A DNA stretch of 64,000 bases from Clostridia bacterium (GCA_017616855.1 JAFZXI010000077.1:6710-70709), one strand, 5' to 3'; positions 1 to 11,725 are shown, numbered from the stretch's first letter. Program-made: numbers and translations. The notes: a model not told the origin generated them from the letters alone.

Positions 1-379
1 CGCCGCCAAGCTCGAAGTCGGCGCCGTATTGAACGTACCGTCCTGACGTTTTTGTGTAAAAGCGGAAGAAACCGCGGGAACCTAATTTGTCCTTCGCGTC
101 GGAGAAGCGCGCGTCGATCTCGTCATAAGACGTGCAGCGCGTCACGGCGGGCAGGTCGCCGGAGGCGACGACGTTCCGCGCCTTCGGGACCATATAGACC
201 GCGGTCAGCGAAATGCCGACGACGAGCAGCAGCGAAAGCGCCGCCATAGCGAAGCGGAACGCGGGGCGCTGCGAGAAGCGCGGCTTCGCCGTTTCCGCTA
301 CCTGCGGAGCGACCGGAACGTCCGGCGTTTCGGCGCTTGCCATAGCTTTATACTGTTTCTTGAATCTGTTGAAGTTCAT
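1..379 (-). CDS. membrane-anchored protein, N-terminal part only (runs off left edge); candidate anti-sigma partner of the adjacent ECF sigma
   Basis: Absent from ORF track because there is no stop in the window. Reverse-strand reading from ATG 379-377 gives MNFNRFKKQYKAMASAETPDVPVAPQ...FRFAMAALSLLLVVGISLTAVYMV... and stays open to position 1. GGAGG lies 8 nt upstream. It begins 20 nt after the sigma-factor stop and has one hydrophobic TM stretch. Confidence 0.55.
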   Translation of the reverse strand, partial: MNFNRFKKQYKAMASAETPDVPVAPQVAETAKPRFSQRPAFRFAMAALSLLLVVGISLTAVYMVPKARNVVASGDLPAVTRCTSYDEIDARFSDAKDKLGSRGFFRFYTKTSGRYVQYGADFELGG

Positions 380-399
380 AATAGCAACCTCCTCGGTCG

Positions 400-888
400 T
401 TAATTCAGGTCTGCGAGCAGCGGCTTGAGTTTTTTGACTATCTGCGCGTACTGCCAGCGGACGGTGGACGGGTTGGACGAAAGGATCTTCGCGATCTCTC
501 TGTGCTTGAAGCCGCCGAGCACCTTCAGGTCGAAAATCTCGCGCTCCTCGTCAGAGAGGGTCTCGAGCGCGCTGCGGATAACGACGTTGTTTTCCGCCGC
601 GGCTCCGGCGTCGCCGGCGTGCACCTCCGGCGCCTCCGTGGGAACGGTGCGGCTCTCGCTGCGGACGTGGTCGAGCGAACGGTACTTCGCGAGCTTCACG
701 AGCCAGCCGCCGACCTCGTCGGGAATGCGGCCTGTCCGCTCGCAGTTGTCCATCAGCTCGAGAAAGACGGACTGCATAACGTCTTCGGCGGCTTCCTTCG
801 AGCGCGTCACGCGCAGCGCCGTGTAATAAACGACGACGCGGTAACGCTCGTAGATCGCGGAAAACTGCCTTGAGGCGTATTCGGTCAT
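400..888 (-). CDS. ECF-type sigma-70 family RNA polymerase sigma factor
   Basis: ORF 400..933 with sigma-70 region 2 and region 4 character (…EDVMQSVFLELM…, …LSDEEREIFDLKVLGGFKHREIAKIL…). Start moved to ATG 888 (MTEYASR), which is preceded by GGAGGTG. Confidence 0.85.
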   Translation of the reverse strand: MTEYASRQFSAIYERYRVVVYYTALRVTRSKEAAEDVMQSVFLELMDNCERTGRIPDEVGGWLVKLAKYRSLDHVRSESRTVPTEAPEVHAGDAGAAAENNVVIRSALETLSDEEREIFDLKVLGGFKHREIAKILSSNPSTVRWQYAQIVKKLKPLLADLN

Positions 889-977
889 GTCTTTCTCACC
901 TCCGATCAACGGATCGATTCGTCTGACACCCATATAACGAGAGGGAAACGGTTTTTGTTGGAAAAAGTTCGAATATT

Positions 978-3005
<2,028 letters not shown>

Positions 3006-3207
3006 TTATACCATATCCGGCGCCATATATCAACATAAAAAAGGATAAGAACAAAAGCTCTTGTTCACAAAAAAACACTGCGGAGGATTGCGCCGATTGC
3101 TGTGAACAATATAGCGGTTGTAAATAACGTGATATTATGATATACTTAGTAATTGATACGCGGTAGTTATTGTTTCTCATTGAATTGTAGTTTCGGGAGC
3201 GCACGTA

Positions 3208-3927
3208 ATGAGGGTAAAGATTCGAGATTATTCTTATAAAGAGATAAACGAATTGCTCCGTCAGGGCGAGAGCGAATACTTTTTGACCGGCTGCATGGGG
3301 CAGTGTTTAATAGCCGCCGGAATGTCCGGAATAGAAGTTGTGATACAAGGGAGACCCGGCAACGGGCTCGGCGCATATCTGAACGGCGCGAAGATAACTG
3401 TCATGGACAATGCGTCGGATGCTGTCGGCGATACTATGAACGACGGCGAGATAATCGTTTTCGGAAACGTCGGCGACTCAGCCGGTTACGCTATGCGCGG
3501 CGGCAAGATCTTTGTCGAGCGCGACGCGGACTACCGCGCCGGGATACATATGAAGGCGTATCGAGATAAAGTCCCGCTTTTGGTTATCGGCGGGCGTGCC
3601 GGCAGTTTCCTCGGCGAATACCAGGCGGGCGGCGTTATAGTCGTCCTCGGGTTGACTGCTGAAGACGACGAGCGCATAGTAGGTCATTTTCCGTGCACCG
3701 GCATGCACGGCGGCAAAATAATACTGCGCTCCGACTGCCGGGACGTCGTTTTTCCGGAGCATGTGATCGCAAAGGCCGCTACGCCGGAAGATACGGAAGA
3801 AATAAAACAATACGTGTCCGAGTACTGCGAGTTGTTCGGCGCCGATCGGGACGAGATCATGAATTCGCCGTTTACCGTCGTAACTCCGTTGCCGCAGAGT
3901 TATAAGCGGCTTGACGCGGAAGAATAG
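3208..3927 (+). CDS. stand-alone GXGXG-motif protein (glutamate synthase alpha-subunit C-terminal domain-like)
   Basis: Repeated G-x-G beta-helix pattern (GRPGNGLGAYLNGAKITV…GNVGDSAGYAMRGGKIFV…) typical of the GltB domain 3 / FwdC family. No partner glutamate synthase subunits are in the window. Confidence 0.7.
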   Translation: MRVKIRDYSYKEINELLRQGESEYFLTGCMGQCLIAAGMSGIEVVIQGRPGNGLGAYLNGAKITVMDNASDAVGDTMNDGEIIVFGNVGDSAGYAMRGGKIFVERDADYRAGIHMKAYRDKVPLLVIGGRAGSFLGEYQAGGVIVVLGLTAEDDERIVGHFPCTGMHGGKIILRSDCRDVVFPEHVIAKAATPEDTEEIKQYVSEYCELFGADRDEIMNSPFTVVTPLPQSYKRLDAEE

Positions 3928-3950
3928 ATACGGCTTAATAGAAGTTATCA

Positions 3951-3978
3951 AAAAAGCGGTCCGGCGGACCGCTTTTTT
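3951..3978. terminator. bidirectional rho-independent terminator
   Basis: AAAAA-GCGGTCC-GGC-GGACCGC-TTTTTT sits between the convergent GXGXG gene and spoVM. Confidence 0.7.
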
Positions 3979-4011
3979 GCTTGCCCTTGCGCGCTTGTCA
4001 ACGGGCGCGTT

Positions 4012-4092
4012 TCAGGCCTCTTTTTTGATGCCGAACAGCTTTCTGAGCAGCCCCGCGAGCAGCCGCGGGCTCTTGAACACGACAACCTTCAT
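4012..4092 (-). CDS. spoVM: stage V sporulation protein M (26-aa amphipathic peptide)
   Basis: Too short for the ORF track. The reverse strand encodes MKVVVFKSPRLLAGLLRKLFGIKKEA. It has the same length as Bacillus subtilis SpoVM (MKFYTIKLPKFLGGIVRAMLGSFRKD as I recall it) and the same MK…K.P+.L.G..R…G..K pattern. GGAG lies upstream and terminator 3951-3978 lies downstream. Confidence 0.75.
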   Translation of the reverse strand: MKVVVFKSPRLLAGLLRKLFGIKKEA

Positions 4093-4140
4093 AAATCCGT
4101 AACTCCGTTCCGCCGCGTGCGGCAAATTGACACGGCTCCG

Positions 4141-4284
4141 TCAGCACCAAAGCGAAAAAAGTCCGCAAAGGAACAATAGGCACGCCAACACGATGACCGT
4201 GACCGCGGAGGGCAGCAGTGTCAGAAAAATCACGCAAAGCCCCATTCCGAGCGCAATATACCCGATGACATTTTTAGGGCCCAT
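4141..4284 (-). CDS. 47-aa hydrophobic membrane peptide, unknown function
   Basis: Too short for the ORF track. Sequence is MGPKNVIGYIALGMGLCVIFLTLLPSAVTVIVLACLLFLCGLFSLWC. GGAGGT lies just upstream of the ATG, and the gene sits directly upstream of spoVM on the same strand. Confidence 0.4.
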   Translation of the reverse strand: MGPKNVIGYIALGMGLCVIFLTLLPSAVTVIVLACLLFLCGLFSLWC

Positions 4285-4364
4285 AGCCGTCGACCTCCGT
4301 TCGATACTACATTATACGGAGCGGCGGCGGAAATGTTCACGATTTAATAAGGGAAATCGTTTTT

Positions 4365-4400
4365 TTGATAAAAAAAGAGGACCTCCGGAGGTCCTCTTTG
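4365..4400 (-). terminator. rho-independent terminator after gltX
   Basis: Perfect 11-bp stem AGAGGACCTCC/GGAGGTCCTCT followed by a T-run on the minus strand. Confidence 0.7.
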
Positions 4401-4417
4401 AGGTTATATCATTTGCG

Positions 4418-6070
4418 TCAGATGCATTCTTTGATGCGCGCGACGGAGCGTTCCTTGCCGAGCAGCTGCATGATGCTCCAGAGGTCGGGCGTGTTGCGGT
4501 GTCCGGTAACGGCGACGCGGAGCACCTCCGCGACGTCGCTGACGGAGCCGGGGAAGGCGTCGGGGTTTTCCTTATACGCGCGCATATCTGTCGCGAATCC
4601 GTAGGAAGCGGCGATATCCTTTACCTTCGCGAACCAGGTCTGTCCGTCGTCAGCGTAGTCGTAGGTTTTGAGGAAGTCGGTAAGTATCTTCGCGCGGATA
4701 TCGGGAGTCAGCGGGAAATCGCGCTCCGGCTTGAAGGTCTCGTCGAAGTAGTAGGAGAGCAGTTCGACCGCCTGGCTCGCGCAAACGAAGTCCTTGCGGC
4801 GCTTCTTGCCCGCGCCCATGCAGAGATCGAGCACCTTTATCACGTATTCCTTGTCGGCGAGCAGCTTCTCGAAGTCGGGTTCGTAGTTGTTTGCCCATTC
4901 GAGCAGGAAGTCGTAGAACTCCTCGCTCGTCAGCTTGGAGATGACGGTTTTGCTGACGTCATCGAGCTTCGGAATATCGAACAGCGCGCCGGACTGACCC
5001 ATTTTGCCGATGGAGAACTTGAAATCCTCGAGCTTTCCGTCGGGGTTTTTCAGCCACCATTCCTCGAAGTTGGAGTTGAGCAGCGTCATCAGATATGTTT
5101 TGACCGCGAGCGGATGATAGCCGAGCTTGCGGTAGTATTCGAGCGCGAGCTCGGGGTCCTTGCGCTTGGAAAGCTTGCGCTTCGTGCCGTTATCGATCTT
5201 CATCAGCTGGGCGTGATGGCCGTACTTAGGCGCCTTGAAGCCGAGCATGCGGAAGAGCTCGAGGTGAATCGGCAGGGAAGACAGCCACTCTTCGCCGCGC
5301 AGTACGAGCGTCGTGTGCATCAGGTGGTCGTCAATCGCGTGCGCGAAATGGTAGGTCGGTATGCCGTCGGATTTGAGGATAACTTCGTCGCGGTTGTTGG
5401 CGGTAACGGAAATCTCTCCCTTGATGCTGTCGCGGAAGACGTATTTCTGCACGCCGTCACCCGCGGAGCGCATTCTGATGACGTAGGGCGTTCCCGCGTC
5501 AAGCTTTTTAACGATCTCATCGTAAGAAAGCCCGCGGCAGCGTGCCCATTCGCCGTAGTATCCGGGGGTAAGCTTCAGCTCGCGCTGTTTTTCGCGTATC
5601 TCGTCAAGATCCTCGGCCGTGCAGAAGCACGGATAGGCAAGCCCCTGCGCGAGAAGTCTTTTAACATAAGCTTTGTATACCAGCTCGCGTTGACGTTGAT
5701 AGAAGGGGCCGTAGGTCTGATCGCCGTCCGTTTCGGCTCCTTCATCGAAGGTTATGCCGAAGTATCCGAGCGTGGAAATGACCGCTTCGACCGCGCCGTC
5801 GACCTTGCGTTTGAGGTCGGTGTCCTCGATGCGCAGATAGAAGACGCCTTTGCTCTGGCGGGCGATGCGCTCGTCTGCGAGCGCGGAGAAAAGGTTGCCG
5901 AGGTGTATGAAACCGGTCGGGCTCGGCGCGATACGCGTTACCTGCGCGCCTTCGGGCAGATTGCGCTCGGGGTAAAGCTCCGCGTAGTATTCGGGAGTCT
6001 TTGTTATTTTGGGGAAAAGCTTTTCGGCAAGCGCTTCACACTGCGCTTGAGTGAGGGGATTATTGCTCAT
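4418..6070 (-). CDS. gltX: glutamate--tRNA ligase
   Basis: Class I aaRS with a GltX-type N-terminus (RIAPSPTGFIHLGN = HIGH region) and KLSKRK (KMSKS). 550 aa. Confidence 0.9.
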   Translation of the reverse strand: MSNNPLTQAQCEALAEKLFPKITKTPEYYAELYPERNLPEGAQVTRIAPSPTGFIHLGNLFSALADERIARQSKGVFYLRIEDTDLKRKVDGAVEAVISTLGYFGITFDEGAETDGDQTYGPFYQRQRELVYKAYVKRLLAQGLAYPCFCTAEDLDEIREKQRELKLTPGYYGEWARCRGLSYDEIVKKLDAGTPYVIRMRSAGDGVQKYVFRDSIKGEISVTANNRDEVILKSDGIPTYHFAHAIDDHLMHTTLVLRGEEWLSSLPIHLELFRMLGFKAPKYGHHAQLMKIDNGTKRKLSKRKDPELALEYYRKLGYHPLAVKTYLMTLLNSNFEEWWLKNPDGKLEDFKFSIGKMGQSGALFDIPKLDDVSKTVISKLTSEEFYDFLLEWANNYEPDFEKLLADKEYVIKVLDLCMGAGKKRRKDFVCASQAVELLSYYFDETFKPERDFPLTPDIRAKILTDFLKTYDYADDGQTWFAKVKDIAASYGFATDMRAYKENPDAFPGSVSDVAEVLRVAVTGHRNTPDLWSIMQLLGKERSVARIKECI

Positions 6071-6084
6071 TTTGATTCTCCCTT

Positions 6085-8079
6085 TTATTTCGTATCGAAC
6101 TGGCTCGGGTGCTTCGCGAAGAAATCGAAGCGCGGCTCGAGCTCGGTCAGTTTGTGGTTTTCCTTGTCGGAGCAGAAGAAATAGACCTTCTCGAATATAT
6201 GCTCCCAGCTGAAGAACTCTTCGCCGAAGCCGAGTTTTTCAACGAGCAACTCGGTGCCGGCGGGGGCGACTGGATGCGTCAGCACCGCGCAGACGCGCAG
6301 CATATGGAAGGCGTCGATAAGCGTCTGTCGGCGGAGCGCGGCGTCATCGTTTCTGTCGGCGTCGCCCATGTTTTTCGCCCAGTATTTGTTGCAGTCGCGG
6401 ATGTACTTGTCGAGTATGCCCATAACAGAGTGCAGCTCGCATTTATACATCGCTTCTTCGTATTCGAGAATGATTCCGTTCGCCTCATCGACGACGTCTG
6501 CGCTCGGTTCGCCGCAGGGAATCACGCCGTCGTAGTGTTTCTGCGTGGTGTAGAAGCAGGAGCGGCAGAGACGGTTGAGGACGTTGGTCAGCAGGTTGCC
6601 TTCCTTGAGCGCGGGATCGCTGTCGGTCGGGTTCGCCTTGGGGTTGTACGGCTTCGGCTGGAAGCTGACGCTGCGGAGCCCGAGTCCGAGCGCGAGGAAG
6701 TGCGCGCGGAGCTGCTCGGCGGTGTAGTGATCGAGGAGCTCGGCGGCCATCGGCGGCTTTACCTTGCCGCTGCTGCTGGCTTTTTTGTCAAGGAAAAGAA
6801 TGTGGTAGTTCGCCACGAGCGTCGGCAGCGTGAGCTGACCTTCTTCGGGATCGGTGGTGAGGTTTTCTTTGCCTTGCTGTCCCATGAACATCGCCATTTC
6901 CGCGATGCCGTAGAAGTAGATGTTGTCCTGCCCGATGAATTGGAAGACCTCGCAGTCTTTGGAAAGCCACCATTTCTTCCATTCGTCGTCAGGCGCGCCC
7001 TTGGACTTAAGATAAGTCTTAGTGAACGAGATCGGCGCCCAGAGGGATTCCGGCCATACCCATACGGTCAGTCCGCTTTCGCCTTCGAGCGAAGGAGCGG
7101 GGACGCCCCATTCAATGTTGCCGGTGAGGCGGAAGGGGACGAGCGTTTTACCCGTGCGGAAGCGTATGCCGTTCTCGGTCAGTATCTCGCACGCGCGGTC
7201 GCGCACGGTCAGCTCGTCGAACTCGAGCACGAAGGAGGTTTTGCCTTCTTCCGTACGCATCGTGTGCTCCGGTAGTGAGGATTTCAGCGCTTCGTAGTCG
7301 GGGAGGTTTTCGTTTTTGACGTATATGACCGGTGGGATAAGGAATTCGTTTATCGTATCGGAAACGATGCGGCGGACGTTGCCCTTGTTTTTGAGCCCGT
7401 CGGTGTATTTCTGCATCAGCTCGCGGAAATCGGTCAGCGAGAAGTACCAGTTGGTAACGTCGCGCATCTCGGGCGTTTCGCCGGTCAGCGTGCTCTTCGG
7501 CGCGATGAGGTTCTCAGGCATGTACTGATGCCCGAGGTCGCATTCGTCGGCGTAACCCTTTTCGGAAGCGCAGCCCTGAACCGGGCAGCGCCCGACGACC
7601 TGCCTGCCGTTGAGGAAGACGCCGAGCTTTGCGTCGTAGAACTGCGACGTAACGAGTTTTTTCAGCCAGCCGTTTTTATAGAGATTGCGAATGAAGCGGT
7701 CGGACACCTCGCGGTGTATATCGCGGCTTTCTCCGAGTCCGGACGCGGCGAAAAGGTTGAGCGATATTTCATAATCCTTCAATGTCTGCTTCTGGCTCTC
7801 GTGGTTACCGCGCACGAAGTCTTCTATCGTGCCGCTGAACCTGCCGTCTTCGCAGAGCTTGCGGTATCCTTCTGCGATGGGGGAGCCGTAGCAGTCGGTG
7901 CCGGAAACGAAGATGACGTTATCCTTGCCTATGCGGTCGCGCAGGAAGCGCGCGTAAGCGTCGGCGGGGACGAAAACGCCGCCGATGTGTCCGAAGTGTA
8001 AGCTTTTGTTTCCGTAGGGCATGCCCGCGGTTATTACGGCGCGCTTCGGGAAGTGAGGCCGTTTGATGCTGTCTTCCAT
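6085..8079 (-). CDS. metG: methionine--tRNA ligase
   Basis: Class I aaRS with MPYGNKSLHFGHIGG (HIGH-like), a Zn-knuckle region (CPVQGCASEKGYADECD) and a KMSKS-like SSSGK. Start moved to MEDSIKRP (ATG 8079) with GGAGGT upstream. Only 14 nt separate it from gltX, so the two are probably an operon. Confidence 0.9.
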   Translation of the reverse strand: MEDSIKRPHFPKRAVITAGMPYGNKSLHFGHIGGVFVPADAYARFLRDRIGKDNVIFVSGTDCYGSPIAEGYRKLCEDGRFSGTIEDFVRGNHESQKQTLKDYEISLNLFAASGLGESRDIHREVSDRFIRNLYKNGWLKKLVTSQFYDAKLGVFLNGRQVVGRCPVQGCASEKGYADECDLGHQYMPENLIAPKSTLTGETPEMRDVTNWYFSLTDFRELMQKYTDGLKNKGNVRRIVSDTINEFLIPPVIYVKNENLPDYEALKSSLPEHTMRTEEGKTSFVLEFDELTVRDRACEILTENGIRFRTGKTLVPFRLTGNIEWGVPAPSLEGESGLTVWVWPESLWAPISFTKTYLKSKGAPDDEWKKWWLSKDCEVFQFIGQDNIYFYGIAEMAMFMGQQGKENLTTDPEEGQLTLPTLVANYHILFLDKKASSSGKVKPPMAAELLDHYTAEQLRAHFLALGLGLRSVSFQPKPYNPKANPTDSDPALKEGNLLTNVLNRLCRSCFYTTQKHYDGVIPCGEPSADVVDEANGIILEYEEAMYKCELHSVMGILDKYIRDCNKYWAKNMGDADRNDDAALRRQTLIDAFHMLRVCAVLTHPVAPAGTELLVEKLGFGEEFFSWEHIFEKVYFFCSDKENHKLTELEPRFDFFAKHPSQFDTK

Positions 8080-8112
8080 AATTACCTCCGGTAGTCGAGC
8101 ATATACAAGAAT

Positions 8113-8140
8113 ATTATACCAACATTGCGGCATTTTGCAA
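8113..8140 (-). promoter_or_regulatory. sigma-A-type promoter for metG-gltX
   Basis: Minus strand reads TTGCAA, 16 nt, then TGgTATAAT (extended -10). The leader is only ~35 nt. Confidence 0.55.
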
Positions 8141-8193
8141 TAGCAAATTGATAGCGGACCGCAAAAAGTAATAGGAAAAAATCACATTTGTTA

Positions 8194-8222
8194 TTGACAT
8201 ATTTTTCTTCTTTAGATATAAT
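8194..8222 (+). promoter_or_regulatory. consensus sigma-A promoter for tig
   Basis: TTGACA (8194-8199), exactly 17 nt, then TATAAT (8217-8222). Confidence 0.65.
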
Positions 8223-8309
8223 AGAAAAGCTTTTATACTGAGCGAGTATGCGTTTTGTCGCTCGGCTTTTGAGCGGCGAAACTATTTTTCATACTTTTGG
8301 AGGAAAAAC

Positions 8310-9710
8310 ATGGGACTCAAAAACAAAAAAGAAATCGAAAAGAACGTAGTTGAGCTCGAGATCGTCGTTACCGCAGACGAGTTCAAGGACGCCACCGAAG
8401 TGGCTTACAGAAAGATCGTCAAGGAAGTCAAGGTCGACGGCTTCCGCCAGGGCAAAGCGCCCAAGGGCATGATTGAGAAGAAGTACGGCAAAGAAATATT
8501 CTACGAAGAGGCCGTCAATTTCATATTCCCGTATTCCTACGACGCTGCTGTCAAGGAAGCGGGCATTACCCCCGTTTCGCAGCCCGACGTCGAGATCGTC
8601 GGCGACGTTACCGACGACGGCTTCACCTTCAAGGCGAAGGTCACGGTCAAGCCGGAGATCTCTCTGAAGGCGTATAAGGGACTGAAGGCGACAAAGCATA
8701 AGGTCACCGTTACCGCCAAGGAAGTCGAAGAAGAGCTTGAAGCCCGCCGCGAAAAGGTCGGCAGGCAGATTACCGTCGACGGTCCGGTCCAAAACAAGGA
8801 CACCGCCGTCATCAACTTCGAGGGCTTTATCGACGGAGTCGCGTTCCCCGGCGGCAAGGGCGAGGAGTATCCGCTCGTCATCGGCAGCGGCAGCTTCATC
8901 CCCGGTTTCGAGGAACAGCTCATCGGCGTCGAGAAGGGCGGAGAGAAGGACGTCGTCGTGACTTTCCCGAAGGATTACCACGAGGAATCTCTCGCGGGCA
9001 AAGAATCCGTCTTCAAGTGCAAGGTGCTTGATATAAAGCGCACTGAACTGCCCGCGCTCGACGACGAGCTCGCCAAGGACATCAGCGAGTTCGACACTCT
9101 CGACGAGCTGAAAGCCGATATCAAAGAGCATATCAAGGAGCATAAAAACGAGCACGCGGAAGCGGATTTCGAGGAAGAGCTTATGAACAAGCTCGCCGAT
9201 AACATAATCGGCGACATTCCGGAAATAATGTACGAGAACGAAGTCGACTACATGGTTGAAAACTTCGAGGACCGCCTTAAGACGCAGGGCATCGATCTCG
9301 ACAGCTACATTAAATACACCGCCACGACGCTCGAAACGCTGCGCGAAAACTTCGCTCCGCAGGCGAAGCAGCAGGTCCGCATCCGACTCGCGCTCGAAAC
9401 GGTAGCGAAAGAGGAATGTCTGAAGGCCGACGAGGACGAGATCGAAGAGGAATACAAGAAGATCGCGGATTCCTACAAGATGCCTGTTGACAGGATCAAG
9501 GCGATAATCCCGACCGACGGACTCGAAAAGGACATCGTCGTCAGAAAAGCGATAGACGTCGTTAAGGCGGCCGCCGTCGCCGGTGAAGAAAAAGCGGAGG
9601 AGAAGCCCGCCAAGGCGCCCGCAAAGAAACCCGCGGCGAAGAAGGCCGATGACAAGCCCGCGGCAAAGAAACCGGCAGCGAAAAAGCCCGCCGCAAAGAA
9701 AGATAAATAA
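8310..9710 (+). CDS. tig: trigger factor, with basic Ala/Lys/Pro-rich C-terminal tail
   Basis: Trigger-factor N-terminal domain, FKBP-type PPIase core (…VINFEGFIDGVAFPGGKGE…GSGSFIPGFEEQLIG…) and conserved position upstream of clpP-clpX. The tail ends …KPAKAPAKKPAAKKADDKPAAKKPAAKKPAAKKDK. Confidence 0.95.
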   Translation: MGLKNKKEIEKNVVELEIVVTADEFKDATEVAYRKIVKEVKVDGFRQGKAPKGMIEKKYGKEIFYEEAVNFIFPYSYDAAVKEAGITPVSQPDVEIVGDVTDDGFTFKAKVTVKPEISLKAYKGLKATKHKVTVTAKEVEEELEARREKVGRQITVDGPVQNKDTAVINFEGFIDGVAFPGGKGEEYPLVIGSGSFIPGFEEQLIGVEKGGEKDVVVTFPKDYHEESLAGKESVFKCKVLDIKRTELPALDDELAKDISEFDTLDELKADIKEHIKEHKNEHAEADFEEELMNKLADNIIGDIPEIMYENEVDYMVENFEDRLKTQGIDLDSYIKYTATTLETLRENFAPQAKQQVRIRLALETVAKEECLKADEDEIEEEYKKIADSYKMPVDRIKAIIPTDGLEKDIVVRKAIDVVKAAAVAGEEKAEEKPAKAPAKKPAAKKADDKPAAKKPAAKKPAAKKDK

Positions 9711-9752
9711 TCATTTCCGCGAATACATAACGTACAGAAAGGAAGAATGAGA

Positions 9753-10334
9753 ATGAGTTTAGTACCGATGGTAGTAGAGCAGACCAATCGCGGAGAAAGG
9801 TCTTATGATATTTTTTCCCGCCTGCTCAACGACAGAATAATCATACTTTCCGACGAAGTCAACGACGTCACCGCGAGTCTTGTCGTGGCGCAGCTGCTTT
9901 ACCTTGAGGGTCAGGATCCCGACAAGGACATCTCCCTTTATATCAACAGCCCCGGCGGTTCCATAAGCTCCGGAATGGCCATTTACGACACCATGCAGTA
10001 TATCAAGCCCGACGTCGCCACTATCTGCGTCGGTATGGCCGCGAGCATGGGCGCGTTCCTGCTTGCCGCGGGAGCGAAGGGGAAACGCTATGCGCTCCCG
10101 AATTCCGAGATTATGATTCACCAGCCCCTCGGCGGAACGCAGGGGCAGGCGACGGATATAAAGATCCACGCCGACCACATCATCCGCATTCGCGAGAAGA
10201 TGAACAAAATGCTTTCCGAAATGACCGGCAAGCCCCTTGACGTCATCACTGCGGACACCGAGCGCGACAACTTTATGACTGCCGAGCAGGCGAAGGAATA
10301 CGGCCTTATCGATAAGGTCATGGATAAGAGATAA
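9753..10334 (+). CDS. clpP: ATP-dependent Clp protease proteolytic subunit
   Basis: Strong ClpP identity (…[18 protein letters not shown]…INSPGGS…[14 protein letters not shown]…). ATG 9753 is preferred over 9747 on spacing from AAAGGAAG. Confidence 0.97.
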   Translation: MSLVPMVVEQTNRGERSYDIFSRLLNDRIIILSDEVNDVTASLVVAQLLYLEGQDPDKDISLYINSPGGSISSGMAIYDTMQYIKPDVATICVGMAASMGAFLLAAGAKGKRYALPNSEIMIHQPLGGTQGQATDIKIHADHIIRIREKMNKMLSEMTGKPLDVITADTERDNFMTAEQAKEYGLIDKVMDKR

Positions 10335-10361
10335 GTCGTTTTACGACGGAACGGAGAAGAA

Positions 10362-11678
10362 ATGGCTGAGAATAAGCAGGGCGGAAACAAGCCCATTTGC
10401 TGTTCGTTCTGCGGCAAGGAAACCGGCAAGGTCGACAGGATGATAATGGGGAACGGCGCGTATATCTGTGACGAGTGCATACTTGCCTGCCTTGACATCA
10501 TTTCCGCCGATATTGACGTTGAAGTGTCGTCCAAACGCGGAGGAAACTCCCGCGGCAAGTTCGCGCGTCCGGATAAGCTCCCGACGCCCGTCGCGATGAA
10601 GCGCAAACTCGACGAATACGTAATAGGGCAGGACGCGGCGAAAAAAGCGCTTGCGGTCGCGGTTTATAACCACTACAAGCGTATCTTTTTCAACGAGGCC
10701 GGAAAAGTCGATCTTCAGAAGAGCAATATCCTTATGCTCGGTCCGACCGGCGTAGGGAAGACGCTGCTCGCTCAGACGCTCGCGAGTATCCTCAAGGTCC
10801 CGTTCGCTATCGCGGACGCGACGACGCTGACCGAAGCCGGCTACGTCGGCGAGGACGTCGAAAACATCCTGCTCAAGCTCGTTCAGGCGGCGGATTACGA
10901 TATCGAGGCCGCCGAACGCGGTATCATCTATATCGATGAGATCGATAAGATCGCCCGCAAGAGCGAAAACCCGTCACTGACGCGCGACGTCAGCGGCGAG
11001 GGCGTCCAACAGGCGCTGCTGAAGATAATCGAAGGCACTGTTTCCAACGTTCCCCCGCAGGGCGGCAGGAAACATCCGCAGCAGGAGTTCATCAAGCTCG
11101 ACACGAAGAATATCCTCTTCATCTGCGGCGGTGCGTTCGACGGCATCGAGGATATTATCGAAAAGCGCAAGTGCAAGTCGATCCTCGGCTTCGGCTCGGA
11201 CATCAAGAGCAAAAACTCGATCGAGCGCTCGGTGATCCTGCGCGACGTTGAATCGCACGACCTTATCAAATACGGTCTTATCCCCGAGCTCGTCGGCAGA
11301 CTTCCGGTCGTTACCTCGCTCGACCAGCTTTCGCGCGACGATCTCGTCAGAGTAATCAAGGAACCCAAAAACTCCGCATATAAACAATACGTCGAGCTTT
11401 TCCGCATGGACAAGGTCGAGCTCGTATTCGACGATTCCGCTTTTGAAGCTGTCGCCGACCTCGCAATTAAGCGCAACATCGGCGCCAGGGGCGTACGCGC
11501 TATTATGGAAGGCGTGCTTCAGGAGTATATGTTCACGACGCCGTCGGATAAATCCATCTCGCGCATCGTCTTCAATGCCGGATGTGTGAACGGTACGGAA
11601 TCGCCGATTATCGAGCACCGTCAGCATCCGCTTCGCCAGACGTCCGTGACGCCTGAGCTGAACACCGAAGCGTCCTGA
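10362..11678 (+). CDS. clpX: ATP-dependent Clp protease ATP-binding subunit ClpX
   Basis: N-terminal C4 zinc finger (CSFCGK…ICDEC), Walker A GPTGVGKT and the ClpX pore/IGF region. Confidence 0.97.
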   Translation: MAENKQGGNKPICCSFCGKETGKVDRMIMGNGAYICDECILACLDIISADIDVEVSSKRGGNSRGKFARPDKLPTPVAMKRKLDEYVIGQDAAKKALAVAVYNHYKRIFFNEAGKVDLQKSNILMLGPTGVGKTLLAQTLASILKVPFAIADATTLTEAGYVGEDVENILLKLVQAADYDIEAAERGIIYIDEIDKIARKSENPSLTRDVSGEGVQQALLKIIEGTVSNVPPQGGRKHPQQEFIKLDTKNILFICGGAFDGIEDIIEKRKCKSILGFGSDIKSKNSIERSVILRDVESHDLIKYGLIPELVGRLPVVTSLDQLSRDDLVRVIKEPKNSAYKQYVELFRMDKVELVFDDSAFEAVADLAIKRNIGARGVRAIMEGVLQEYMFTTPSDKSISRIVFNAGCVNGTESPIIEHRQHPLRQTSVTPELNTEAS

Positions 11679-11692
11679 TGAACAAAACGAAT

Positions 11693-11725
11693 GCGGGGCA
11701 AGCGAACTTGCCCCGCGCAATTTTT
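11693..11725 (+). terminator. rho-independent terminator or attenuator after clpX
   Basis: GCGGGGCAAG-cgaa-CTTGCCCCGC followed by GCAATTTTT. Confidence 0.6.

Noticed and set aside
3048-3110. 9-bp inverted repeat TTGTTCACA…TGTGAACAA, plus a GAACAA/TTGTTC hairpin, in the ligA / GXGXG-gene intergenic region. It could be an operator or sRNA.
   Set aside because: Repeats this short are common by chance. It matches neither the Cheo/LexA box (GAAC-N4-GTTC) nor a TnrA/GlnR site when checked position by position, so the evidence is insufficient.
4127-6184. 685-aa ORF on the plus strand.
   Set aside because: It lies entirely antisense to gltX, a convincing class I aaRS. It has no RBS and its composition is low-complexity Arg/Ala/Gly/Val-rich. 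This is the typical stop-codon-poor antisense frame of a GC-rich gene.
8080-8193. T-box leader upstream of metG-gltX.
   Set aside because: The promoter lies only ~35 nt from the start codon. There is no room for Stem I, a specifier loop or a T-box.
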